A stretch of 64,000 bases of DNA from an uncultured Planctomycetales bacterium (GCA_963785495.1 CAWAVP010000025.1:200311-264310); one strand, 5' to 3'. Numbered from the stretch's first letter, positions 10,701 through 23,493 are shown. Translations and numbers: made by a program. The notes: generated by a model from the letters alone, not told the origin.

Positions 10701-13700
10701 GTGACACCGCCGTGATTGCGGGCAACCGCGACGGCGGTCAGCAGGATCCGCTGCAGTTCGTCAAGTTGACGCCGACGAACTTCGAGTATTATAGCGGCGC
10801 GGCAGATCCCAACCTGGCCTACACGCTGGACAACGATCGCTGGTATCACCTGGCCGTGGTCAAATCCGGTGCCGAGTTGACCTACTACGTCAACGGCGAA
10901 GTCGTGGCAACGGGAGTGACACAGCACGACACGGCGGCCAGTCCTTTCTACTTGGGCGGCGATCCCAATGTGGCAGGCGAATATGCCGATGGTCAGATCG
11001 ACGATGTCGCCATGTGGACGCGCGATTTGCCGGCGGAAACGATTCAGGGACTGGCCGACGGCACCTTTAGCCCGCTGACCGCGCCAACCGTGTTTTTGGA
11101 TGGCCCGATCATCCCCGAGGGATTGCCGACAGATCGCGTCGACTTGGCGGCCGCAGCCAACACGTATTATTTCCGGTACGAGTTTACGTTTGACGACGAC
11201 CCGTGCAGGCTCAACTGACACTCACCAGCCTAATCGACGATGGTGCGGTGTTCTATCTGAATGGCCAAGAGATCTACCGTCACAACATGCCGGCCGGGCC
11301 CATCGACGCAAGCACTCCGGCCAGTTCCGAGATTGTTGATATCGGCGAGACGGGGCCGGTCACTGTGCCAGCTTCCGCTTTGCAGGTAGGGCAGAACGTG
11401 CTGGCCATCGAAGTACACAAGAGTGGCGACGCGGCAAACGACGCTCTCTTATCTGCGCAGCTAGTTGCCGCGGTCGTCCCCACCGACCTAACCGCCGTGC
11501 CACTGCCCATCCTCAACGAAATCAGTGCCGGCGATAGTAATCCGTTCCAGGTCGAGCTGTTCAATCCGACCGATCAGGTAATTGATTTGGCCGGTTATCG
11601 CTTGGGTTCAGCAACCATCCCCGCCGGCACCTTACAACCCGGCGGATACTTCGTGGTCGATCAAACCGTGCTCGGCAAACCCAGTTCCGACGGCGACAAC
11701 TTGTTCCTGGTCACTCCCAATGGCAAACAAGTTGCTGACGCTCAGCGAGTTAGCGATCGGCTGATCGGCCGCGACAGTGCCAACGGGGGACGCTGGTTCT
11801 ATCCCACGCAGGCGAGTTTCGGCAGTGACAACGTGATTCAGGTAAATCAGGACATCGTGATCAACGAAATCATGTATCACGCGCCGGGATTCTATGTCGA
11901 GCCCCTTGATCAATTGTTTGATAACACGGAGCAATGGATCGAACTGTACAATCGCAGCGATGCGGAGATGGTCGATCTAAGCGGCTGGAATTTCGGCGAC
12001 GGGGTGGATTACGTGATCCCGCAAGGTGTCATGTTGCCCCCCGATTCGTATTTGGTCATTTCCAACGATCCGGCGGGGTTGTTGGCCAGCCGTCCGGGTC
12101 TTGATCCGAACAAGGTGTTAGGACCGTTCGCGCAATCTGTCCAACTCGGGCGAGAATCTGCAGCTGCTGGACGCCAACGGGAATTTGGTCGACGAAGTGC
12201 ACTTTTACGACAGCGGCCGTTGGCCAGAGGAGGCGGATGCCAAAGGGGCTAAGCCTGGAACTACGCGATCCGTTCGCCGATAACTCGATTGCTGAAGCGT
12301 GGGCTGCCAGTGAAGAAGCGGATCAGGTGGGTTGGCAAACCCTAACGTTCCGCGGCTCCGGGCGCGGCAACGCAGGTGATCCGGCGCAGTACAACGAGTT
12401 CCTTCTCGGTCTGCTCGATGCTGGTGTCGTGATGATTGACGACGTCGTGGTCACGGAGAACCCAGATACGCCGGACGCCCGAGAGCTGATTCAAAACGGC
12501 ACTTTCGAAAACGATCCGTTGGACAGCGAACCAGCAGCATGGCGGATTATCGGTAATCAACACGGATCGGTGGTGGCCGATCCAGACGATCCGAACAACC
12601 ACGTGCTGCTGCTGGAGGCCAACGGTCCCACGGAACACATGCACAACAATGCCGGTACCACACTGAAGTTTGGCGACGAGTACCCCCGACTTTCGAATTC
12701 CAACGAATATGAGATCACGTTCCGTGCCCACTGGGTATCCGGTTCGAATCAGTTGAATTCGCGGCTCTACTTCAACCGCCTCGGAGCCTCCACGCGGCTC
12801 GACCGACCCGTCAACGTTGGGACGCCTGGCAGCGTGAATTCGCAGCGAGTTGACAACATCGCCCCGACACTGGACGGGATGCTGCATTCCCCGGCCGTGC
12901 CAGAACCGACAGAACCGGTGGAGGTCGTGATCCGCGGCAGCGACCCACAGGGCATCAGCAGCATGACGCTGTGGTATTCGGTGGAGGGCGGGGACTGGAC
13001 GTCGGTTGCCATGACGGGCGACGCCGACGGCTGGTACCGAGGCATCATCCCGCCGCAACCTCAAGGCAATTTGGTGCACTTCTATGTCGAGGCTCAGGAC
13101 AGCGCCGGGGCGTCTTCGATGTATCCCGAGGCCGGACCGGAAGCCCGTGCATTGTACCGGGTCCAAGACGGTCAGGCGGCGGACGATCAGCGTCACACGC
13201 TGCGAATCCTGATGACCGCGGAAGATACCGCTCGGCTGCACGAATTGACGAACGTCATGAGTAACCAGCGGATTGGCGCAACGGTAATCTATCGCGAAGA
13301 CGAAATCTTTTACGACGTAGGGGTTCGGCTCAAAGGGAGTGAACGAGGACGGTTCCAGAACGTGCGTGTGGGCTTCAACATCAGCTTCGACCCGGATCAT
13401 CTGTTCCGCGACGTGCATTCGACAATCGGCGTTGATCGCAGCGGGAGCGGCGACGAATACAGTCAGGAAGAGATTATCGTGCGGCAGATCGTCAACCATT
13501 CCGGACAGGGCCCGCAAATCTATGACGATCTGATTCATGTCATCGCGCCGGATCCCCGCCACACCGGCAGCGCGATGCTCAACATGGCACGTTACAACGA
13601 CGTGTTTTTAGATTCCCAGTATGAAAACGGTAGCCAGGGAACGGCATATGAATACGAACTGATTTACTATCCGACGACCACCGAGGGTGGCGTCGAAGGG

Positions 13701-15452
13701 CTCAAGCGTCCCACACCCGATAGCGTCGCGGGCGTGAACATGACCGACCAAGGAGATAGCAAGGAAGCGTATCGCTGGCACTGGCTGATCAAGAACAATC
13801 GTAGTCAGGACGATTACAGTCGGCTAACGGAAGTGCTCAAGACGCTGGGAGGACGAACGTCCGACCCCAACTACCAAGAGGATTTGGCAGCCGTCGTCGA
13901 TGTCGATCAATGGCTGCGGTCGTTCGCCGTTACGATCCTGTCGGGGATTGGTGACAACTATTCAGCCGGCGCACAACATAACGCCTACTTCTATATCCGT
14001 CCCAGTGACAATCGGGCACTCTATTTGCCCTGGGATCAGGACTTTTCCTTCACGCAGGGTGCCACGACAGGCCTCGTGACAAATGGCGAACAGCGAAAGA
14101 TGATGGACGATGCGGGTAACGAACATACCTATTACGGTCACGTGATGGACATCATCAATACGACGTTCAATTCAGAATACATGGATCCCTGGATCGATCA
14201 CTTCGATCAACTGGTGCCGGCACAACCGCAGTTCCAAGGCTTCAAGAACTACATCAGCACGCGATCGGAATTTGCCATTGGTCGTGTCGAAGCCGCAGTG
14301 CCTGTGGTTCCATTCGCGATCACCACCGCCGGGCCGCTCGACGTTGGCGATGCCACGACCGCGCAAGTCGCGGGAACCGGCTGGGTCGACGTCCGTCAAA
14401 TCCGGTTGGCCGGTTCCGAGATCCCGCTGCCGATTCACTGGACGACGAACAACGAATGGCAGATTGATGTGCCCGTCGACCCCGGGACGGCAGATGTCGT
14501 GCTGGAGGCCTACAACTTCCAAGGCCAGCTGATTGATTCGGTGTCCATCAACGTCACGTCCACGGGCGTCTCGGCAGTGCGCGATTCACTGCGTGTTAGC
14601 GAGGTCAATTACAACCCGGCCGATCCGGCCAGTGGTGAAACGTTTTTAGATCACGACGAATTCGAGTTCCTGGAGCTAATCAACACAGGTGATCAGCCAA
14701 TTGATTTGAATGGCGTCCGCTTCGTACAGGTATCTCGTGAACGGGAGTTGGAAGGCATTCGCTTCGAGTTCGGCCCGCAGATGCTGCAACCAAACGAACG
14801 GATCATTGTTGCCCACAATCGGGATGCGTTCATTAGTCGCTACGGTGAGCAGGTCCGACTGGCCGACGGGCAGGGTGATGCCGGACGCTTCGGTGTCTTT
14901 AGCGGTCAGATGGCCAACGGCGGCGAGACGCTGACACTGATCGATCCGAACGGAGCAGTAATCCAGCAATTCACATTCGACGACGGTTGGTATCCTGTCA
15001 CCGACGGCGACGGGTATTCGTTGGAGTTCCGTGATCCAACGCTATCCGATTTGGATGCTTGGAATCAGTCCAGTAATTGGATGGCCAGTGGACAAATAAA
15101 TGGCACCCCCGGTTCGGCACCCGTTCAGCCGGGCGATACGAACCTGGACGGAGTTTTCGATTCGTCGGATCTGATTTTGGCATTGGCTGCGGGCAAGTAC
15201 GAAGACGGTATCGACGACAACGCAACGTGGGCCGAAGGCGACTGGAACGGAGACGGCGACTTTGACTCCGGCGATCTCGTGGCGGCCTTTGTCGCGGGCA
15301 ATTTCGTCAACAACGGCGAACCACAGGCCGCGCAGCCTCGCGGCCTGTCGCTGCAGGCCGCTGCCGTCGAATCCGTGTTTGCCGAGTTGCCTGGCGGCAA
15401 AACGCGGATTGCGGCGAGCGAGATTGTGGCGAACGAGCTGGATGACGTATAA
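7768..15452 (+). pseudogene. giant secreted multidomain protein: LamG x2, four tandem-95 Ig-like repeats, lamin-tail (LTD) domains, CotH kinase-like domain, C-terminal dockerin-like repeats; frame broken at least 4 times
   Basis: Fragments: 7768..10053, 9833..11218, 11203..12252, a third-frame stretch ~12131-12247 (RNLSNSGENLQLLDANGNLVDEVHFYDSGRWPEEADAKG) and 12237..15452. LamG: ..QIAQVRLYNGTLDANEV and FTWSLWFK..WYHLAVVKSGAELTYYVNGE..QIDDVAMWTRDL. LTD: FNEIMYNPDG..EWVELRN..GGEEILL, INEIMYHAPG..WIELYN, VSEVNYNP..FEFLELIN..GGETLTLIDP. CotH: ATVIYREDEIFYDVGVRLKGSERGRF..AQHNAYFYIRPSDNRALYLPWDQDFSF. Dockerin-like: GDTNLDGVFDSSDL..GDWNGDGDFDSGDLV. Confidence 0.85.
8620..9760 (+). repeat. four tandem ~280-290-bp (about 95-aa) Ig-like 'tandem-95' repeats inside the giant gene
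   Basis: Repeat starts are at about 8620 (APVAQDDQYALDED), 8911 (PPVAQRDEYKAVPSQ), 9190 (PPAPQDDQYAVDEDQ) and 9481 (PPQIVADAYVATSS). Each carries GVL(S/A/K)ND.D.DG..LTA..V..P..G.L.L..DGSF.Y.P...(F/Y).G.D.FTY. Confidence 0.8.
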
Positions 15453-15462
15453 GGTCAACCAG

Positions 15463-15560
15463 CCCTCATCCGGCCTCCGGCCCATTCCTGTCCGGCACGC
15501 GAGTCGCCGCCAAGGGGGGCCGGAACCCATCCCCGATACGTGAAACGGTGGGGCACTGGG
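15463..15560. repeat. intergenic GC-rich repeat element, copy A (core CCCTCATCCGGCC)
   Basis: Exact 13-mer CCCTCATCCGGCC at 15463-15475, followed by an imperfect inverted partner (GGCCGGA at 15518-15524). It lies between the convergent 3' ends of the giant gene and rsmD. The 3' boundary is uncertain. Confidence 0.5.
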
Positions 15561-15617
15561 ACGTGTTTTCTTAAACGCAGTGCGCAGTGACACGCAGGAT
15601 GAAGCGATGCGTGGGAG

Positions 15618-16262
15618 TCACGTACAAAAAATGCCGATGGTGGCTGGGGGGTAGTCGCGGCCTGACCATTCGCCTGGCCAAAGGGTTGCGAAATCAAAGG
15701 GCAGCGCCGCTTCGACCACGACAAGACTCCCCGGGGGAGCCGCCTCGCGCAATTGGCCGAGCAGACTGCCGAGCGCATCGAGCTGTTCGTCGTAAAACGC
15801 ATATGGCGGGCAGCAAAAGATCAGCCAGGGATGTGGGGCCGGTGACGCGGACTGCGTTTCAAGTTCCCGCTCGATGGCCTTGAATACGTCGCCGCGGATG
15901 ATCCGCACTCGGTCCTGCAAGCCGAGTGTAGCGACATTCTGTGCGATCAACTTGGCCGTGCCGATATGCCGTTCGAACAACGTCGCCGCTGCCGCGCCGC
16001 GGCTGATCGCCTCCAGCCCCATCGCTCCCGTGCCGGCAAACAGGTCCCAAACATGCATTGCCTTGACGCCCGGCCCCAGCAGATTGAACACCGCTTCGCG
16101 CGTGCGGTCTTTCATGGGTCGCACCCGCCAATCCCCTGAATACTCCAATCGTCGCCCCCGGAACTCGCCGCCGACGATCCTCATCGGAGCCGCACTGGGG
16201 GGGCGTTTGTCGCTGGGTCTAGGGCCATGTGAGCGAGGTTCGGACGAGCGGCGGCGTTTCAT
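15618..16262 (-). CDS. rsmD: 16S rRNA (guanine966-N2)-methyltransferase RsmD
   Basis: Intact 214-aa ORF. Signatures MRIVGGEFRGRRL, RPMKDRTREAVFNLLG, DLFAGTGAMGLEAISRGA and CCPPY (DPPY-type motif). The basic 26-aa leader may not be translated; an alternative ATG lies at 16184. Confidence 0.85.
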   Translation of the reverse strand: MKRRRSSEPRSHGPRPSDKRPPSAAPMRIVGGEFRGRRLEYSGDWRVRPMKDRTREAVFNLLGPGVKAMHVWDLFAGTGAMGLEAISRGAAAATLFERHIGTAKLIAQNVATLGLQDRVRIIRGDVFKAIERELETQSASPAPHPWLIFCCPPYAFYDEQLDALGSLLGQLREAAPPGSLVVVEAALPFDFATLWPGEWSGRDYPPATIGIFCT

Positions 16263-16498
16263 TTTGATCAGCTCACAAGGGGCACTGACTGCGGATCACG
16301 TCACGTGTCCCGTTCGAGGCCCGCTATCGGCCGGGGACGTCCAACGTGCTCGATTCTAGTCCAATATGTACGCCTCCGGCAGCGGGCTGACCACGAGCGG
16401 CTTGCCGGTGGCCGGCAATTCAGAAAGAATTGACCTGACGCGTGTCGTCGGTAGGCGGAAATTCAAAACCAGGTATGACACAGGAGCGATACTGCGCG

Positions 16499-17688
16499 AT
16501 GAGTGGACACCCGAGATTCTTTGGCAGCGTGATCTTGGTTTGGCTCGGTGCACTGGCCGTAGGCTATGCGCAAGGGGCAGACTCCGACTCAACAGCGGTC
16601 GATGCGCCAGCGACGACGCCCTCGGTGGCCGGGACCGCATCCGCAGGACCAGGACGTCAGGCCTTTGACCAGGTGTTCGCTCAATGGAAATCTCTGCTTA
16701 AGGACCTACGCGACCTACAGCATCGCTTTACGATCGCCGAGGAAAAGAATGTCGAACCAATCCGCGAACAATTCCTGCAAAAAGTGGAGCAGGGCCTGCG
16801 CTGATGGTCGAACAGTTGCGGGAAACCGGTCTGCAGGCCTACGCCGAGGCGCCACAGGCCGATCCTCAATTGACGCGATTTCTCATGAAGATGCTGGCTG
16901 ACGATGTCGCTCGCGATCGCGTCGACGAAGCCTGGGAAACCTGCGAAACCATGCTGCAATTCGACGTTCCCGATCGGTCGCTCTACGACCTGGCCGGGAC
17001 CGCCGCCTACGCGACCCATCGCTTTGACTTAGCGGAAAAGTATTGGCAACAGGCCGAATCGTTGGGCGTGCTGCAGCAGCAGGGCAAGGACGCGCTGCCC
17101 GATCTGGATACGGTCCGTACTCTGTGGGACCAGGAGCAAACCATCCGCGCGGCGGAGGTGGAGGCCGACGATTTGCCTCGCGTACAATTGACGACCAACA
17201 AGGGAGACATCGTCGTTGAGCTGTTTGAAAATGAGGCGCCAGATACCGTCGGCAATTTCATCAGCTTGGTGGAACAGGGCTTTTACAATGGGCTAGTGTT
17301 TCACCGCGTGTTGCCAGGCTTCGTGGCCCAAAGCGGCTGTCCGCGCGGCGATGGCACCGGCGGCCCCGGTTACAACATCTATTGCGAGTGTTACCGCGAA
17401 GATCATCGGAATCATTTCCGCGGCAGTCTGAGCATGGCCAAGGGGGCCGCCCGCGACACAGGCGGATCGCAATTCTTTTTGACGTTCCGACCGACGCCCC
17501 AGTTGAACGGCGTACACACCGTGTTCGGCCGCGTCATCGAGGGGATGGACGTGTTGGCGAAACTGCAGCGGCGCGATCCGAGTGACCCGGAGCAGACGGC
17601 CATCACGCCCGATCACATCGTCAGCGCGACCGTGATCCGCAAACGAGATCACATCTACAAACCCAACCCGGTCGCCCAGTCCAAATGA
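16499..17688 (+). pseudogene. exported cyclophilin-type peptidyl-prolyl isomerase with helical N-terminal region; probable single frame break (or two coupled ORFs)
   Basis: 16804..17688 carries the cyclophilin core ([95 protein letters not shown]) but has no signal peptide. The upstream ORF (ATG 16499, MSGHPRFFGSVILVWLGALAVGYAQG) supplies one and stops in TGATG at 16802-16806. One extra G in the GGG run 16792-16794 would fuse them (..[15 protein letters not shown]..). Confidence 0.6.
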
Positions 17689-17902
17689 CGATACTCGTCC
17701 GGCCGTCGGCCAGCCGCCAGCGGGCAGCGGGCAGCGGGAGCGGAGCGAACAGGGACGGGCGTGTGCCCCCCTAACGGGACTGATAGCTTGACGAGGCCCG
17801 CTAGGGACGGTACTCTGGCCAATTCTCAAATCGTAATTCTGCTGTCCCCTAGTATCGTGATCGCTAATAGCGGTACTACTTGGCCCGAGGCGTCGCCGTC
17901 CC

Positions 17903-18846
17903 ATGCAGATCAAGTTGCTGAAATTATTCTGCGACGTGGCAGCGCAGCGGAGTTTTTCGCGAGGGCGCGCGAGAATCTGGTGTCGCAATCGGCAGCCAGT
18001 CAGATGGTGCAGCAGTTAGAAGAGCGGTTGGGGGTCCGGTTATTGGATCGATCCAAGCGACCGCTGATGTTGACACCGGAAGGCACGGTATTTTACCGCG
18101 GATGTCGCAGGCTAGTGGATCGCTATTTGGCGTTAGAGGAGGAAGTACGGACCCTGCACGAGGACGTGGCGGGGCGTGTGAGTGTGGCGTCGATCTATTC
18201 CGTGGGATTGAGCCACATGAACCGGTCGGTGCAGGAATTCCTGGCGCGGCACCCCAAGGCAAACGTGCGAGTGGAGTATCAGCATCCGGACCGCGTCTAT
18301 GAATTGGTGGAGCGGGACCAGGCGGATGTGGGATTAGTGAGTTATCCGCGTGCCAGCCGCACGATCCATGCGATATCATGGCGTGACGAACCGATGGCCG
18401 TGGTCTGTGCTCCGCAGCATGAATTCGCCGGATTGGCCTCACTGGACCTGGAGCAGCTGCACGGCCATCCATTGATCTCATTCGACAACAACCTGTTGAT
18501 ACGTCGCGAAATTGATCGTGAGTTGGCACGACACGGGGTGGACGTCGAAGTGGTCATGGAATTTGACAACACGGAAACGATCAAGCGTGCGATCGAGATC
18601 GACGCGGGCCTCGGCCTGTTACCGACTCCCACCGTCCAGCGGGAAGTCACATCGGGCACGCTCTGCGCGATTCCGCTGCGTGGAAGTCCTCTGATTCGAC
18701 CTCTGGGAATCATCCAGCGTCGTGGCAAAGAGCCGTCAAAGACGACTCGACTTTTCATCGACTTTTTGCTGCAAAATGCGAAACCGACGAGCGGCGACCT
18801 AGCGACGCTGTCGGAGGTCGCCGAGGCAGCGCCGGTCAACCGTTGA
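17903..18846 (+). pseudogene. LysR-family transcriptional regulator; frame broken once in the HTH region
   Basis: ATG at 17903 gives MQIKLLKLFCDVAAQRSFSRG. The rest continues in the frame of ORF 17761..18846 (..ENLVSQSAASQMVQQLEERLGVRLLDRSKRPLMLTPEG..). The junction is at G3 17963-17965. It lies directly upstream of gltB on the same strand. Confidence 0.85.
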
Positions 18847-18920
18847 GCTCCGGGCGCTGGCCAACAGTCGATACCGGGCGGAGTCCGCTCACATGAGCAA
18901 GGTTTTGGGGTAGGTAAAAA

Positions 18921-21900
18921 ATGCAGAATTCGATTCACAATCCATTCGGGCTTCCTGCGAAACACGGGCTCTATGATCCGGCCAACGAGAAAGACAGTTG
19001 CGGCGTGGGGTTTGTCGCGCACGTCAAGGGACAGCGCAGCCATCAGATCATATTGGACGCCGATCAGGTCCTGCGCAACATGGACCATCGCGGCGCGTGT
19101 GGCTGCGAAGCGAACACCGGCGACGGCTCGGGGATTCTAACCGCCTTACCTCAACAATTCTTGCGGAAGGTGGCCAAGGTCGATCTGGGAGAAGACTTGC
19201 CGGAGCCGGGCCAATTCGCGGCCGGCGTTGTATTCCTGCCGCAGTTAGCGGACGAGCGCGAAAAATGCAAACACGTCGTGCAACAGGTCGTGGCCGAGCA
19301 AGGACAGCGGATGGTGGGTTGGCGGAAGGTGCCCACGGACGCGCGCGGCCGATGTGGGTCCCACCGCTTTGCGAAGCGAACCGTGGTCCGACCAGCTGTT
19401 TATCGCAGCTGCCCCCGGCTTGGATGCAGAAGCCTTCGAGCGGCAATTGTACCTCATACGTAAACGCTGCAGCCATCTCATCCGTAGTGACGCGCAATTG
19501 ACACAGGCCAAGATGTTTTTCATCAACAGCCTTTCGACAAAGGTCATGATCTACAAAGGCATGCTGATGTCGTGGCAGGTCCGGGATTACTATCCGGATT
19601 TGAAGGATTCCGACTACACGTCGCACTTGGCGATGGTCCATTCGCGATTCAGCACCAATACCTTTCCCAGTTGGGACCGAGCGCAGCCGAATCGGTTCAT
19701 GAGCCACAATGGCGAGATTAACACATTGCGCGGCAACAAAAACTGGATGCGAGCTCGGGAGGGCGTGGTCCGCAGTTCTCTGTTTGGCAACGAGATTTCA
19801 AAACTGTTTCCCATCGTGGAACCCGATTGTTCTGATAGCGGCACGTTTGACAATGTGCTGGAGTTCCTGCTGATGACCGGCCGTACGCTGCAGGAAGCCG
19901 TGATGATGATGGTCCCCGAGGCTTGGCAAAATCACGTGACGATGCCCGAAACCAAACGGGCATTCTACGAGTACCATTCGTGCCTGATGGAACCTTGGGA
20001 CGGTCCCGCATCGATCGTCTTTACCGACGGTCACTACATCGGCGCCGTGCTCGACCGCAATGGCTTACGTCCCTCGCGCTACTACCTGACGACCGACGAC
20101 CGAGTGATTATGGCCAGCGAAGTTGGCGTGTTGCCGGTGGAACCCAAATTGGTCAAAGAGAAAGGACGCCTGCAGCCCGGCCGAATGTTCCTGATTGACT
20201 TCGAAAAAGGACGTTTGATTCCCGATGCGGAGTTGAAGGAAGAGTTTGCGCGGCAACGACCCTACGGCGAATGGTTGAAGTCCGAGCGGATCGTGCTGTC
20301 CGACCTCAAACCCAACCAGCAACCCCACGGCTTTTCGCCCGATACGTTGCTCGAGCGAATGCAGGCGTTTGGCTACACGCTGGAGACCATGCAATTCATG
20401 CTCTTGCCGTTGATTCGCGAACAGCGCGATCCGGTCGGCTCGATGGGCAACGATTCGGCGTTGGCCTGTCTGTCGGATCAGCCGCGCATGCTTTACGACT
20501 ACTTCAAGCAGCTATTTGCCCAGGTCACGAACCCCGCCATCGACTCGATTCGCGAAGAGCTGATCATGTCGCTGGAATGCTACGTGGGCCCCGAAGCGAA
20601 TCTGCTGGCCACCACCAAAGATCACGCTCACCGTCTGCTCGTACCGCATCCGATTTTGACCAACGAGGAGCTGGCCTCGCTCAAGCATATCGAACAACAT
20701 CCGCGGGGACGCGGCTGGCGGACGAAGTGCATCGACATCACCTGGCCTAAGACGGAAGGTGGTCCGGGATTGAACAAGGCCCTGGATCGGATCTGCGCCG
20801 AGGCAGAACAGGCAATCGACGACGGCTACAGCTTGATCATCTTGACCGATCGCGCGATGAGTGGCCAGCGGGTCGCGATCAGTTCGCTGCTGGCGACCGG
20901 AGCGGTGCATCACCATTTGGTGCGGCAAGTCAAGCGGACGCGGATCGGCATCATTCTGGAATCCGGCGAGGCGCGCGAAGTGCACCATTACTGTCTGCTG
21001 ACGGGCTATGGAGCCGACGCGGTCAATCCCTACCTGGCCTTTGAATCTCTGTGGCAGGCCCAGCGCGATGGGCTGCTACCAGGCGACATGTCCGACGAAA
21101 AGATTGTGGCGGCCTATCGCAAGGGCGTCGCCAAAGGCATGCTCAAAGTGATGGCCAAAATGGGCATCTCCACGTTGCAGTCCTACAAAGGCGCACAGAT
21201 TTTTGAGGCGTTAGGTTTGCAGCAGGAAGTGGTGGAACGCTGTTTTGCCGGGACGGCAAGCCGCATTCAAGGGGTCAGCTTCGACGTGCTGGGAGAAGAA
21301 CTGCTGCGGCGCCATTCGATCGGCTATCCGGACGCGCCCGAACACCGACTGCGGTCGTTGCCCAACGTGGGAGAATTCCATTGGCGGGCAGATGGCGAAC
21401 GACACATGTGGGACCCACAATCCATCGCAGATCTGCAAGTCGCCGCGCGCTGAACAGTGTCGAAGCCTACAAGCGATTTACACAACACGCCAACCAGGAC
21501 GCGCGCACGCGTTGTGCGCTGCGCGGCCTGCTGAAGCTCAAGCCCGGCTCTGCAGGAGGTCCTATCCCGTTGGACGAAGTCGAACCGGCAAAAGAGATCG
21601 TCAAGCGATTCTGTACCGGCGCGATGAGCTTCGGGTCGATTTCGGCGGAGTCGCACGAGACATTGGCGATCGCGATGAACCGCCTGGGCGGCAAGAGCAA
21701 CACGGGAGAAGGCGGCGAGGAACCCGAACGCTGGACGCCCGACCCCAACGGCGACTCGCGCCGCAGTGCCATTAAGCAGGTGGCGTCCGGAAGGTTTGGT
21801 GTAACCATCAACTACTTGACCAACGCCGACGAACTGCAGATCAAGATTTCGCAGGGAGCCAAGCCGGGGAAGGGGGCGAGTTGCCGGGCCGCAAGGTGGA

Positions 21901-23493
21901 TGAGCGGATCGCACGCGTCCGCTATTCCACGCCCGGCGTGGGCTTGATCAGCCCACCACCGCACCACGATATCTATTCGATCGAGGATCTGAAACAGCTG
22001 ATTCACGACCTGAAGAACGCCAATCCCAGCGCGCGAATCAGTGTCAAACTGGTCTCCGAAGTGGGAGTGGGCACGATTGCCACGGGTGTGGCCAAAGGGT
22101 TCGCCGATCACATTCTGATTTCCGGCGATTCCGGCGGGACCGGCGCGTCACCGCTGACCAGCATCAAACACGCCGGCTTGCCCTGGGAGCTTGGGCTGGC
22201 CGAGACGCACCAAACGCTGGTCCTAAACGACCTGCGGTCGCGCGTCGTGCTGCAGACGGATGGCCAGCTAAAGACCGGCCGCGACGTGGTCATCGCGGCG
22301 TTGTTGGGTGCCGAGGAATACGGATTCAGTACAGCACCCTTGATCACGCTGGGCTGCATCATGATGCGCAAATGCCATCTGAATACCTGCCCCGTGGGCG
22401 TAGCGACTCAGGATCCCGTCTTGCGCAAAAAGTTTACCGGCAAGCCCGAACACGTGGTGAACTACCTGTTCATGGTAGCCGAGGAAGCGCGTGAGATCAT
22501 GGCGGAGTTAGGTTTCCGCACCATCAACGAAATGATCGGCCGCGTGGATTGTCTGGAGACGAACACGGCCATTCAACATTGGAAGTCGGACGGCCTGGAC
22601 CTCACACCCGTGCTCACGCCGGCTCATAAACTACGTCCAGACGTGGGCGTGTATTGCCAGATTGCCCAGGACCATGGTTTGGAAAAGGCCCTGGACAATC
22701 GGTTGATTGAATTGGCCAAACCCGCCCTGCAAAACCAACAGTCGGTACAGATCGAGCTGCCGATCGTCAATACGAATCGCACTGTGGGTACGACCCTCAG
22801 CCACGAAGTAGCCAAACATTTCGGACTGGCGCTTTTGCCCGACGATACGATCAACATCAAGTTCAAGGGCTCGGCTGGACAAAGCTTTGGAGCATTCTTG
22901 CGCAAGGCATCACAATGCGACTGGAAGGCGATGCCAACGACTATGTGGGTAAGGGTTTGTCCGGCGGTAAGATCATCATCGCGCCTGCTCCGGAAAGTTC
23001 CTTCGCCGCGGAAAACAACATTATCGTGGGCAATGTGGTGCTGTATGGCGCTACCAGAGGCTATGCCTTCTTCCGTGGGCGAGCGGCCGAGCGATTCTGT
23101 GTCCGCAACAGTGGCGCATGGGCGGTGATCGAAGGCGTGGGCGATCACGCTTGCGAATACATGACCGGAGGCCGCGCGGTCATCATTGGTTCGACGGGGC
23201 GTAATTTCGCCGCTGGCATGAGTGGCGGCGTTGCCTATGTGTTGACCGACTACGACGATTTCCGCGACAACCGCTGCAATTTGGGCACCGTCCTGCTGGA
23301 ACGTGTCGAATTCGACGAAGACAAGAGCGAACTTTTAGAAATGCTGGAACTGCACGAACAAAACACGGGCTCGACCGTCGCGGCCGAACTGCTGCAACAG
23401 TGGCCCAAGTCCGTGGAACATTTCGTCAAGGTCATGCCAACCGACTACAAACGCGTGTTGATGGAGCGCATGGAACAAGAAATCAGGAACTGA
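18921..23493 (+). pseudogene. gltB: glutamate synthase large subunit; frame broken 4 times
   Basis: Fragments 18921..19463, 19354..21453, 21381..21947, 21881..23128 and 22915..23493 sum to ~1,524 codons. N-terminal Cys amidotransferase start (..EKDSCGVGFVAHVKG), FMN/Fe-S region (..QGAKPG|[41 protein letters not shown]) and C-terminal GXGXG region ([29 protein letters not shown]). Junctions at ~19342, ~21448, the G-run 21865-21868 and ~22900. Confidence 0.95.

Noticed and set aside
9881-11221. Long antisense ORFs inside the big genes. Examples: 9881..11221 (446 aa), 12342..13562 (406 aa), 8698..9585 (295 aa), 39829..40701 (290 aa), 53941..55449 (502 aa), 2015..2830 (271 aa).
   Set aside because: They lie opposite ORFs with unmistakable family motifs. 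Their translations are Arg/Gly/Pro/His-rich low-complexity strings with no motifs, which is typical of shadow ORFs in GC-rich coding DNA.
21860-21880. Programmed ribosomal frameshifting at the frame junctions.
   Set aside because: There are about 35 junctions in unrelated genes. I saw no slippery heptamer plus downstream structure at those I inspected, and none is in a gene family known to use recoding.
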